From an uncultured delta proteobacterium (GTDB taxonomy: Bacteria > Myxococcota_A > Polyangia > Fen-1088), in the NCBI GenBank assembly GCA_963755125.1, contig CAVWIP010000012.1, forward strand, positions 224,001 through 288,000: 64,000 nt of DNA, given 5' to 3'. The notes beneath the pieces are model-generated. The model did no database searches. It was not told where the DNA came from and worked only from the letters and a program-made list of their open reading frames with translations. Shown piece after piece: positions 47,471 to 55,896 of the stretch. A program made the translations under genes and the position numbers. Position 1 is the stretch's first letter; each line of letters begins with the position of its first letter.

Positions 47471-48406
47471 CTACAGACTCCTCAACTCTGGGTAAGTGGT
47501 CATCAGGTCCGTCTCTGTTAGTGAGTCTTCGGCATCGGCAGGTGTCCACACCACCTCAAGGCCTAGAAGGGCGTGGGATGGGACTGCCCCGAGTTCGCTC
47601 AGTGCAGCCTCCAGGCTTTCGCGGTCACTCACCGCGTGAACGTGCACGAGCGGCACCCGCGTGGCCACAATCACGGTCACGACCAGATACTCCAGCGGCT
47701 CCGTGCCCACGCTGGGGACCGCCTGTGCCCGGCGCAGGGAACCGTCGGCGGCCCGGATGCGCTCCACCTCGAAGCGCGCTCGCTCGGCCATGGCAGCGGC
47801 ATTGAGCTTGGTTTCACCGTTGGTCATGCTCATGGGCCCGCTGGCTTCGGCAAGAGCGTAGCGGATCGAGTCCTTCTCACGCAGCAACTCGAGTGCGGTC
47901 TGATGGAGAAGCTCGGCGAGGCCCACCTCACTGGATGTGTCGCCCTGGCTTGCGAAATCAGCCAGGCGAGCCTGAAGGTGGCGCGCTGAACGTCCGAGGC
48001 CGAGCTGGACCTTGCACACGTACGATTCGCCCGATGCCTCCTCCGCATCATCGTCGGACCATGCGCCGGGGGTGCCATGGCGGACGGCCCGGCGAACCGC
48101 ACGCATGACCGCGACCACGCCCAGGCCCACCACTCCCAGAAGCACGAGGCTGCCCATGAGGCCGAGGCCGCCGCCGCTGCCGTAGCCACCCAAGCCCCAA
48201 CCGAAGCTGGGCAAGAAGAAGAAGCCTGAGCCCCCGCCGCCATACCCGCTGCGCCCGGTTTGGTAGCCGCGCGAGAGGCTGCCGGCACCCGAGCGAAAAC
48301 CGCTGCGGCTACCAAAGCTGGCACCTGAGCGGGGACCGGCCGACGCCAGGCCGGGCAGCAGTGCCCACAAACTCAAGACAATGGCCATGCGGCGAATGGA
48401 CTTCAT
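47471..48406 (-). CDS. DUF1517 family protein
   Basis: Signal peptide, RSG.SFG Gly-rich region, VCKVQLGL, ELLHQTALELLR, EVVWTP....DSLT..DL...YPEL. Confidence 0.85.
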   Translation of the reverse strand: MKSIRRMAIVLSLWALLPGLASAGPRSGASFGSRSGFRSGAGSLSRGYQTGRSGYGGGGSGFFFLPSFGWGLGGYGSGGGLGLMGSLVLLGVVGLGVVAVMRAVRRAVRHGTPGAWSDDDAEEASGESYVCKVQLGLGRSARHLQARLADFASQGDTSSEVGLAELLHQTALELLREKDSIRYALAEASGPMSMTNGETKLNAAAMAERARFEVERIRAADGSLRRAQAVPSVGTEPLEYLVVTVIVATRVPLVHVHAVSDRESLEAALSELGAVPSHALLGLEVVWTPADAEDSLTETDLMTTYPELRSL

Positions 48407-48594
48407 GGGCGATCCCTTGCGCTTGACTAGCCTAGCGGCGGCCGGCCGCGAAGGCAAAGACCATCTACGAACTGCGTCGGCCAGCGGCAAGGACCCACAT
48501 TTCTGGGCTTGGGGCTGGCGAACATCCGCGAGGACACCTCCGATGCTCCCGACAGAATTGCAGGGACTCTCCTCGCGATTCCGGCTGGATAACC

Positions 48595-48680
48595 CTGATG
48601 GCGAGTTTGATTTAAACCCTGATGAGAGTCTGATGAAAGCCCGATGAGGGACTGATGCCGGCCTGATGAGAAGGGCGATG
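48595..48680 (+). repeat. Array of 8 helically phased direct repeats (consensus CTGATG), putative operator
   Basis: Hexamers start at 48595, 48607, 48619, 48630, 48641, 48652, 48663 and 48675 (spacings 12,12,11,11,11,11,12). Confidence 0.8.
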
Positions 48681-48724
48681 TGAAAAACTTGCTGGGCTCC
48701 GCCACGGGTATACCGTCGGCGTCA

Positions 48725-49384
48725 ATGGGTTACGCAATCTCGGCAGGACGCAAGACAGTGAAGCCGCCCCTAGGTTGCGAGGGCCATCTAACCAGGCACC
48801 AGGCGGCGATTCATCTCGGCCTGCGTAGCGAATTCAAGATCCGCCAGTTCGAACGCGACGGACGACTGCACGCGGTTCGCGGCCGCATGGGCACGGCCTT
48901 CTACCCCGAGGCCGAGGTGCTGGCGCTGCGGGCCGCGCTGGGCGCCACGCCTCGTCCTGCGCCGGGACGCTGGTCAGATGCCGATCTGATCGCGCTCCTG
49001 CGCCAGCCGACGCCATCGGGACGGCTGCGTACGGCGGTGGACCTCGTCACGGAAGCAAAGATAAACATTGCCCGCGCCGAGCGGGTCTACCGCTTTTGGA
49101 GCAAGCGCGACGAGACCCTGGCGGCACGCGTGACCCGCGCTGCACGCCTTGTGCGCGCGGACGAGCCGGCGGCAAACATCCCGTCGTCCGTCGAGCATCC
49201 GTCCACCGTGCAGGCGCCCGGTGCGTTCCGGCCGACCGTAGCCGGCGTGGACAAGCCTTCGCCGAGTGAGCGGCGAAGCGCCGCTCGCGTGGCACACGAC
49301 GGGCTTGTCCGATCTTTGCGGGATCCTGACCCGCGCGTCCGCGCCGAAGCATTCAGCAAGCTCAAGGAGGGCCCGCGGCCCTGA
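48725..49384 (+). CDS. Xis/MerR-like HTH protein with a second HTH-like region and a C-terminal HEAT-like motif
   Basis: HLTRHQAAIHLG....KIRQFERDGRLHAVR....AFYPEAEVLAL and LRDPDPRVRAEA. Start uncertain (48680, 48725 or 48758). Confidence 0.7.
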   Translation: MGYAISAGRKTVKPPLGCEGHLTRHQAAIHLGLRSEFKIRQFERDGRLHAVRGRMGTAFYPEAEVLALRAALGATPRPAPGRWSDADLIALLRQPTPSGRLRTAVDLVTEAKINIARAERVYRFWSKRDETLAARVTRAARLVRADEPAANIPSSVEHPSTVQAPGAFRPTVAGVDKPSPSERRSAARVAHDGLVRSLRDPDPRVRAEAFSKLKEGPRP

Positions 49385-49427
49385 CCCGGGCCCCTTGCCG
49401 CAGAAGACAGAAAATCGGAGGCCGCAC

Positions 49428-49658
49428 ATGCCGCGTAGACGAGTCACCATCGAAGCAACCCTGCTTTCCGAGGTGGAGAGCATCGGCAGAAGAGAGGGCG
49501 TCTCGGTCAGTCAGATCGTCAATGAAGCGCTCGCCATCGCGCTTGCGGAACGGAGGCGTCGATTGCAGACGCCCCATGGCGCCTGCCTGCCCCGACCCAT
49601 TCCTTCCGGCTCACGCCGACCGGACCGCGAGGATATTCTGTCGGTGCTGGATTTCTGA
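49428..49658 (+). CDS. Ribbon-helix-helix (CopG/antitoxin-like) protein
   Basis: GGAGG SD. RRVTIEATLLSEVESIGRREGVSVSQIVNEAL. Confidence 0.7.
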   Translation: MPRRRVTIEATLLSEVESIGRREGVSVSQIVNEALAIALAERRRRLQTPHGACLPRPIPSGSRRPDREDILSVLDF

Positions 49659-49662
49659 CCTT

Positions 49663-50997
49663 CTACACCGGGACCACGTCCGACAGGTCGACCTCGACGG
49701 CTTCGGTGGGCAGGGCGCCGCGGTCGAAGCGCAGGGTGTTGTCGCGCGCGCGGTTGAGCGCCACCTGCTCGAAGTAGGCCTGCACCTGGGGAATGGCCTC
49801 GGCCAGCCGCTCCACGTACTCGCGCTTGAGGAAGAGCACGGTGCTGCGCAGAGTGGCGCGTACCGTGGCGGAGGTCGGCTGATCCGTGACCAGCGACATC
49901 TCGCCGAAGATGTCGCCTGGCTTGAGGCGCGCGAGGGACACGGCGTCAGGCGTATCTGCTCGCGCCACCACCTCGACCTCGCCGGCCAGCACGAGAAACA
50001 GGCCCTTGCCCCGCTCGCCCTCGCTGATGAGTTCGGTCCCGGCCTCGACCTCGAGGCCCTCGAAGCGACGAAGCAGCTCGCCTTGCTGGGACTTGGTGAA
50101 CGGCACGAAGAGCGGCGATGTCTGCAGCAGGTTCTTGATCAACCGCTCGCGCGAAAACCCGTCGAGTGCCGCGCGGATGGCGGGCAACCTGGCGGTGACA
50201 TGGGCCAGGGCCTCCTTGCTGACCCCGATGACGTCGGCCTCGCTCGCCGCAGCCACCGAGGCGGTGCGCGGCTGGCCGGTGATGAGCGCCATCTCTCCGA
50301 AGAGCGTGTTCTCGAAAAGGCGCGCCACATCCTTTTCCCCGGCCGGCGTGTTGACGAAGACCCGCAACTCGCCACCCGCCACCAGGAAGAGCGAATCACC
50401 CGCGTCGCCCTGACGCACGACCAGCTGCCCGTCGTCCAGTCGGAGAACGGTCAGCGAGCGCAGCACGGCCGCAAGTGATTCGGGGCCCAACTCGGACAGG
50501 AAGGGCAACGGATGATACTGCTCCTGATAGCCAACGAAGACCGAGAGATCGAGCGCGGTCTTGCGCGCCTGTTCGATGACATGGCTCGGGGATCCGGCGT
50601 GGGCGATGTCCCCAATTTCCAGCATGGTGGAGGGATCGACGGGTGCCGGCCGGACCGCAAAACGCGCAAGCAAGGGCGAACCGGAGGCGTAGGTCTTGAC
50701 CAGCAGGGCGAAGATGTCATCCACCGGCTGGCCTAGCTTACCCAAGGCATGGGCGGCCACGATGGCCGGCAGCGGGTGGCCGGCGCGGACGTCGTGGATG
50801 GCCACGCTCCGGTAGACTTCGGCCGCGGCATCGGTCCGCCCCGCATCCACCAGCACGTCCCCGATGGCGAACCGGGTTTCGTAGTCGAGCGGAAGCGCGG
50901 CTAGAATTCTCTGGTACGCGCGCAGGGCGCGCGGGTGATCGCCGTTTCTACGGAAACGACGCGCCTCGTCCCTGGCTTCACGTAGAGTGATCTTCAT
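49663..50997 (-). CDS. TPR + tandem cyclic-nucleotide-binding domain protein
   Basis: Two cNMP domains (FGEMALITGQPRTASV and FGEMSLVTDQPTSATV). Confidence 0.9.
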   Translation of the reverse strand: MKITLREARDEARRFRRNGDHPRALRAYQRILAALPLDYETRFAIGDVLVDAGRTDAAAEVYRSVAIHDVRAGHPLPAIVAAHALGKLGQPVDDIFALLVKTYASGSPLLARFAVRPAPVDPSTMLEIGDIAHAGSPSHVIEQARKTALDLSVFVGYQEQYHPLPFLSELGPESLAAVLRSLTVLRLDDGQLVVRQGDAGDSLFLVAGGELRVFVNTPAGEKDVARLFENTLFGEMALITGQPRTASVAAASEADVIGVSKEALAHVTARLPAIRAALDGFSRERLIKNLLQTSPLFVPFTKSQQGELLRRFEGLEVEAGTELISEGERGKGLFLVLAGEVEVVARADTPDAVSLARLKPGDIFGEMSLVTDQPTSATVRATLRSTVLFLKREYVERLAEAIPQVQAYFEQVALNRARDNTLRFDRGALPTEAVEVDLSDVVPV

Positions 50998-51242
50998 GGG
51001 TCAAGATTCGGTCAAGCCGCCGGCGGAGGCAAGGGCCGGCGAGCCCCTGGGCGTGAATTTCCGCGAGTTGTCGATCCGGCCACCGCTGCAGCCACGACCT
51101 TCTGCGGCTTTCGCAGGAGGTGAAGAGTGGCAGCCCCCCTGTCAATCGGCAGAGAATTAGGTAGTATGGTCCTCTGTTGACTGCTATCAGGTCCGACCGG
51201 GCCTGGCTGACGAATCCAAGAACACCCTGCCCCTTGACGACC

Positions 51243-51833
51243 ATGGAGAAGGATCTAGAGCGCGGTTTGCTGGAGATTTTTGCGCGGACCCTGGTTTCGC
51301 TCCCCTTCGATCTCAAGATCCTGCTCGAAGCGGTGTCCGACCCCGATCTGGACCATGGCGCGCGCGAAGTCGCGGCGGCTGCGGTCGTGTACATCATCGC
51401 ACCCCGCGACGGGAACGTCGAGCCGTACCTCCGACACAGCGAGGACGTGCTGGTCCTTCGGCTGGCCCTGCGCAAGATTCTCAACGACGGGGGCGAAGGG
51501 GCGCCGGCGTTCCGCGACCGCTTCGCCGAAGATCTCAGCCGTCTGGGCCAGGAACTGGAGCTGATCGAGCGGGCCTGCGGCAAAGATCTGGTCGCCTGGC
51601 TCGACAGCCGCTGGTCCGTCCTGCGCAAGGCCGTGTACGCGCGCAAGAAGATTCCCCTGTTCGTCGACGATGAGGAAGTCGGCACACTCCTGTACGACGA
51701 AGGACTGAAATTCGGCACCAACTATCCGATCAGCGAAAAGACCCTGGAGGGTCGGCTCAAGCAGGCCCAGCCTATCCTGGACCACCTGCAGCGGAAGTGG
51801 GACCAGGACAAGAAGAAGATCACCCCACACTAG
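51243..51833 (+). CDS. YkvA/DUF1232-like protein
   Basis: AAAVVYIIAPRD...YLRHSEDVLVLRLAL resembles a degenerate DUF1232 motif. Confidence 0.55.
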   Translation: MEKDLERGLLEIFARTLVSLPFDLKILLEAVSDPDLDHGAREVAAAAVVYIIAPRDGNVEPYLRHSEDVLVLRLALRKILNDGGEGAPAFRDRFAEDLSRLGQELELIERACGKDLVAWLDSRWSVLRKAVYARKKIPLFVDDEEVGTLLYDEGLKFGTNYPISEKTLEGRLKQAQPILDHLQRKWDQDKKKITPH

Positions 51834-51846
51834 GATAGAGATCCGG

Positions 51847-52779
51847 ATGGCGCGAAGTTCCGAGGTCGTGCCGTTTGGCGCGACGCCCGCTGGGGTCTTC
51901 GACATCGCCTGCCGCCTGGCCGAGAGTGGGGGCTCCCTGCCCACGGAAATCACCGAAGCGGCGCGGGCGGTGGCTGGCGAGTTGGGATCGTTTCCGCCGG
52001 ACGACGTGCGCAACGCCCTGGAGAAGCTCATCACGGCCCCGCACGCCGACGACGGTCTGCGGTGGCTGCACGAGGCAGGTGTACTGCAGCAGGTACTGCC
52101 CGAGTTGGAGGCGACGGTGAATCTCTCGCAGGAGGCAGGCCGTCGGCACAAAGACGTGTGGGAACACACCAAGCAGGTGGTCATGCAGTCGCCGGCCCAG
52201 CCCATCGTGCGCTGGGCCGCTCTGCTGCACGACATCGGTAAGGTGTCCACCCGGGTCATGCTGAGCGACGGCAAGGTCACCTTCCACCGCCACGCCGAGG
52301 TGGGGGCTCGTCTGTTCGATACTCTGGCGCGCCGCCTGGGTTTTGTCCGCGCCGAGCGCAAGCGCATCCGCTTCCTCATCGTCAACCATCTGCGCGCCAA
52401 CGCCTATGAGCCGGAATGGACCGACGCTGCCGTGCGCCGCTTCGATCGCGAGATGGGCGACGCGCTCCCCGATCTGGTCGAGTTGTCACGGGCCGACGTC
52501 ACCTCGGCGCGGCCGGGTCGGCGCGAGGAAGCCGCACGCAACATCGAGGCTCTGTTGCAACGAATCGCGGCGGTGCGCGAACTCGACGCCCGCGTGCCGC
52601 CGTTGCCACCAGGGGTGGGCAACGCCATCATGGTGGCTTTCGCTATTCCGCCGTCGCGCCGGGTGGGCGAGTTGCGCAAGCTGTGTGAAGACGCCATCGA
52701 ACGTGGCGAGCTACTCGAACGACAGCCGGTGGAGTACTACGTCGACTTCCTGAGACGCCAGGGGATCGCGCGATCATAA
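51847..52779 (+). CDS. HD-domain protein resembling the C-terminal part of CCA-adding enzymes
   Basis: GLRWL...GVL..VLPEL, HKDVWEHT, RWAALLHDIGK, FHRHAEVGA, TDAAVRRF, ADVT. No nucleotidyltransferase head. Confidence 0.85.
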   Translation: MARSSEVVPFGATPAGVFDIACRLAESGGSLPTEITEAARAVAGELGSFPPDDVRNALEKLITAPHADDGLRWLHEAGVLQQVLPELEATVNLSQEAGRRHKDVWEHTKQVVMQSPAQPIVRWAALLHDIGKVSTRVMLSDGKVTFHRHAEVGARLFDTLARRLGFVRAERKRIRFLIVNHLRANAYEPEWTDAAVRRFDREMGDALPDLVELSRADVTSARPGRREEAARNIEALLQRIAAVRELDARVPPLPPGVGNAIMVAFAIPPSRRVGELRKLCEDAIERGELLERQPVEYYVDFLRRQGIARS

Positions 52780-52859
52780 GAGGGGCACGCGGGATACGAC
52801 CCAGGGTGCGCAGCAGTTCGTCTGCCATGGCCGGGCTGTGAAGAAGGAGGCTTGGCGGT

Positions 52860-54419
52860 TCAGCTGGCCTCGACGGCGCCCAGCGTGCACGCGCTGGGGC
52901 GCGGGTTGCCACGCTGATCGATGGGCGGACAGCCAGTGCCTTGACCAATGGCCGGGCTGCCCGACGCTGGAAGCATGGTCTGGGTCGGTCCACCATTGTC
53001 CTGCAGTGGACCGAGCGCGGGATCCGCTACCGTGATTGAGGAAGTACACTGCGTACCGGCGCCGGGGAACTGCAGATTGGGCCCGCTGCTGCCGTGCTGG
53101 TTTGCGCAGTTTGTCGTGCCGTCGAGCGTGCCGCGCAGGTTGTTGGCCACGATGGTGTTCTGCAGCTTGACCCCGGTGTCGCCGCCGAACAGCCCGTCGC
53201 CGGTGTTGCCCGCCACCGTGACGTTGAGAAAGGTGCCGGTCACGGCGTTGGCGAACCAGACGCCGCCCCCACCAGAAGCCGTGTTGTTCGCGATGGTGAC
53301 GTTGGTGAGGTTGGCAATGGCCGACTGGCCGATCCAGATGCCGCCGCCATAGTGGCCGGTGTTGTTCGAGATGGTCGTGCCGGTCATGTTGATGGTCACG
53401 TATTCGAGGTAGAGGCCAGCCGCGTTGCCGCTGTTCGCGTCGACCGAGTTGCCATCGAAAGTGCAGCGGTCGATGTTGACCGCTTCGTCGTGGTAGCCGA
53501 CGCGAAACACGGCGCCGCCGGCGGCATTGGCCCGGTTGCCGGTGAAGCTGTCGCCGCAGAAGGTGAGCGACACGTTGGCGCCGTCGTAGCTGAGCGCGCC
53601 TCCGTCGCCGCCGTTGCCAGGATTGCCGTCGGTCCCGGTGGCCGAGTTGTTGGCAAAGCTGGTGTTGACGATGGTGACGTTCTCGTCCTGCGTGCCCACG
53701 GCGCCGCCGTTGGAACCGGTGTTGTCCGAGAACGTGCTGCCCACGATGATGAGCGTCCCCACGCCCTGACCATTGATGGCCCCGCCCGACACGTCCTCGC
53801 CGCTGGACGCGCATTGATTGTGCGAGAAGATGGAGTTGATGACGGTGAGCGAGCCGCCGTCCTGGAAGATGGCGCCGCCGCCCTTGGCCGTGCTGCTGGT
53901 GTTGGGGACGTCGCTGGTGAAACCGTCGACGAACGACAGGTTCTGCACGGTGAGCAGCGGTGTGGCGACGTTCCATGCGCTCATGATGTGGAGGATGCGG
54001 GAGGTGCCCCCACCACTCAGCGTCACCTGGCCGGCGCCGTCGATGGTGGTGTCCTTGCCGACGGGCACCTCGGAGGTGACGTTGATGGTGACCGGCGCCG
54101 AGCCGCAGTTGAACGTGACAATGCCGCCGCTCGCGACTGCGGCCCGGAAAGCCGCCTCGGTGCAACTTGCGGCGCTGCCGTCGCCCACAACCGTCGTCGG
54201 GCTGGACGTGTCAACCGGGCTGGCCGGCACAACGCAGGTCGCGCTCGGCGGCGGGGTGCTGTGCTCTCCTCCGGTGCCGGCTGCCCCGCCCGCGGCGCCA
54301 GTCCCGCCAGTGCCACCCACATCGGTCGCTCCGCTGCCCCCGCCGCACCCGTCTGCAGCCGCGGCGACGAAAAAGATGGACAACAAGGACAACTTCACGA
54401 AACACACCCGAGTCGACAT
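52860..54419 (-). CDS. Secreted beta-helix (Pmp-like repeat) protein with a choice-of-anchor-Q-like C-terminus
   Basis: GGAI/FxxN repeats, DPALGPLQDNGGPTQT...GSPAI...DQRG. Confidence 0.8.
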   Translation of the reverse strand: MSTRVCFVKLSLLSIFFVAAAADGCGGGSGATDVGGTGGTGAAGGAAGTGGEHSTPPPSATCVVPASPVDTSSPTTVVGDGSAASCTEAAFRAAVASGGIVTFNCGSAPVTINVTSEVPVGKDTTIDGAGQVTLSGGGTSRILHIMSAWNVATPLLTVQNLSFVDGFTSDVPNTSSTAKGGGAIFQDGGSLTVINSIFSHNQCASSGEDVSGGAINGQGVGTLIIVGSTFSDNTGSNGGAVGTQDENVTIVNTSFANNSATGTDGNPGNGGDGGALSYDGANVSLTFCGDSFTGNRANAAGGAVFRVGYHDEAVNIDRCTFDGNSVDANSGNAAGLYLEYVTINMTGTTISNNTGHYGGGIWIGQSAIANLTNVTIANNTASGGGGVWFANAVTGTFLNVTVAGNTGDGLFGGDTGVKLQNTIVANNLRGTLDGTTNCANQHGSSGPNLQFPGAGTQCTSSITVADPALGPLQDNGGPTQTMLPASGSPAIGQGTGCPPIDQRGNPRPSACTLGAVEAS

Positions 54420-54486
54420 GGCACCTCCAGTTGCATCTGACATTCGACCACCGACGACAGTTTACCCCATCACGAGCAGCAGCGAC

Positions 54487-54508
54487 ATGGTCGCGGGGCA
54501 AAGCCCCG
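54487..54508. repeat. Fragment of the REP-like inner hairpin
   Basis: ATGGTCGCGGGGCAAAGCCCCG resembles ATGGTCCGCGGCGAGCAAAGCTCGCCG of the 6430 copy. Confidence 0.4.
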
Positions 54509-54587
54509 TATTGGCTGTCGACAGAGGCTTGCGCTACACTGACGGCTGTCGATGCCAGTCGGGAGACGTAGATTGACCAGCCATGGG

Positions 54588-55319
54588 ATGCTCTGGATCT
54601 TTGTGGCGATAACCACCGTCACGGCATTTGGCTGCGGAGCGAACGACAGTGGCAAAGCTGGTTCCGGGGGCGCTCCCGCGTCGAGCGCCGGTGGAACGAC
54701 CAATCTTGGCGGCACAGCGGCTGTCGGCACGAGCAATGGCGGAAGTGTGAACACGGGTGGTGGCGGGGCAACGGGTGGGTCGACATCAGGCAGTGGCACC
54801 AGCAGCGACTGTCCGGAGGGCGTCTCGGTGATGTGTGGCATGGTGGCCGCGCACAACAGCGTTCGCGCGGCCGCGCCCAGCGCCAATCCAGCGCTACCGC
54901 CCATGACCTGGGACGCCACTTTGGCGGCCTTTGCCCAGAACTATGCCAGCACCTGTCCTGCTGGGCACAACCCCAACCGTACGGTTGAGGGGCAGACCGC
55001 GGGAGAGAACATGTATTTCACCAGTCAGCCCAATCCGGTTCCGCCTGCACAAGTCGTGCAAGGCTGGGCTTCGGAACAGGCCAACTATGTGTACCCGGCC
55101 AACACCTGCGGCGGAGTGGCCTATACCTCGGCGACTTTTAGCTGTGCGACTTGTCCGGAGTGCGGGCACTACACGCAGATCGTCTGGCGCACGACAATCA
55201 AGGTCGGTTGTGGCGTGGCCACAGCCTGCAGCGGCAGTTTTCCACAAGTCTGGGTCTGCGACTACTTGCCGGCGGGCAATGTGGTTGACCGCAGTGGCAA
55301 TCTGCAATTGCCGTATTGA
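54588..55319 (+). CDS. CAP/SCP (PR-1-like) domain lipoprotein
   Basis: AFGC lipobox, HNSVRA, GENM, GHYTQIVW...VGCG, VCDY.PAGN. Confidence 0.9.
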   Translation: MLWIFVAITTVTAFGCGANDSGKAGSGGAPASSAGGTTNLGGTAAVGTSNGGSVNTGGGGATGGSTSGSGTSSDCPEGVSVMCGMVAAHNSVRAAAPSANPALPPMTWDATLAAFAQNYASTCPAGHNPNRTVEGQTAGENMYFTSQPNPVPPAQVVQGWASEQANYVYPANTCGGVAYTSATFSCATCPECGHYTQIVWRTTIKVGCGVATACSGSFPQVWVCDYLPAGNVVDRSGNLQLPY

Positions 55320-55329
55320 CCACGGGCTG

Positions 55330-55743
55330 CTAGTCCGCCGGCGTCTGACCAAGGATCGCGGGACGGAACTTGTAGCCGTAGACGATGGTGCCCTTGTTGC
55401 CGTCGTCGCGCAGCTTGCGCGTGACCATCTCCACCGGCATCCCGATCTCGATCTTCTCCCCTTCCACGTCGGTCAACTGCGCGGCCACCAGCGGCCCCTC
55501 GGCCAGACGCACCAAGGCCACCACATACGGCGCGAAGTGCTCGAACCCCTCGGGCGGGTGGTGCACCGTCGAGTACGAGTAGATTTCACCCTTGCCACTG
55601 AAGGTGAACGGCGTCTTGGCCGGGGCATTGCACTGCGGGCACACGTCGCGCGCCGGGAAGATCTTGACGCCGCAGTGGTTGCACACCTCGCCCACCAGCG
55701 CGTAGCGGTGTCGTTGCAATCTCCAGTGTCTGGCAATCTCCAT
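55330..55743 (-). CDS. DUF35 Zn-ribbon/OB-fold protein
   Basis: WR....RY.LVGEVCNHCG..IFPARDVCPQC...GEIYSYS...YGYKFRP. Confidence 0.9.
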   Translation of the reverse strand: MEIARHWRLQRHRYALVGEVCNHCGVKIFPARDVCPQCNAPAKTPFTFSGKGEIYSYSTVHHPPEGFEHFAPYVVALVRLAEGPLVAAQLTDVEGEKIEIGMPVEMVTRKLRDDGNKGTIVYGYKFRPAILGQTPAD

Positions 55744-55896
55744 GGAAACCCTCTTTGCTCCTCGCCGCCGTGGCTGTCAAGCGCCGCGGTCGGTTTCACG
55801 ATCTTCATATGCGGCGCTTCCAGCTTGTCAGGTGACAAGCCCCGACTTTAGCAAGTTGGAGCCGGCAACTGTGCGTGCGCCGCAGCGTAGGTGATA

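Noticed and set aside
48595..48690. CTGATGA...GAAA as a hammerhead ribozyme or mini-CRISPR
   Set aside because: There is no pairing stem II between CTGATGA and GAAA. The repeats are 6 bp with 5-6 bp gaps, far too short for CRISPR, and there are no cas genes.
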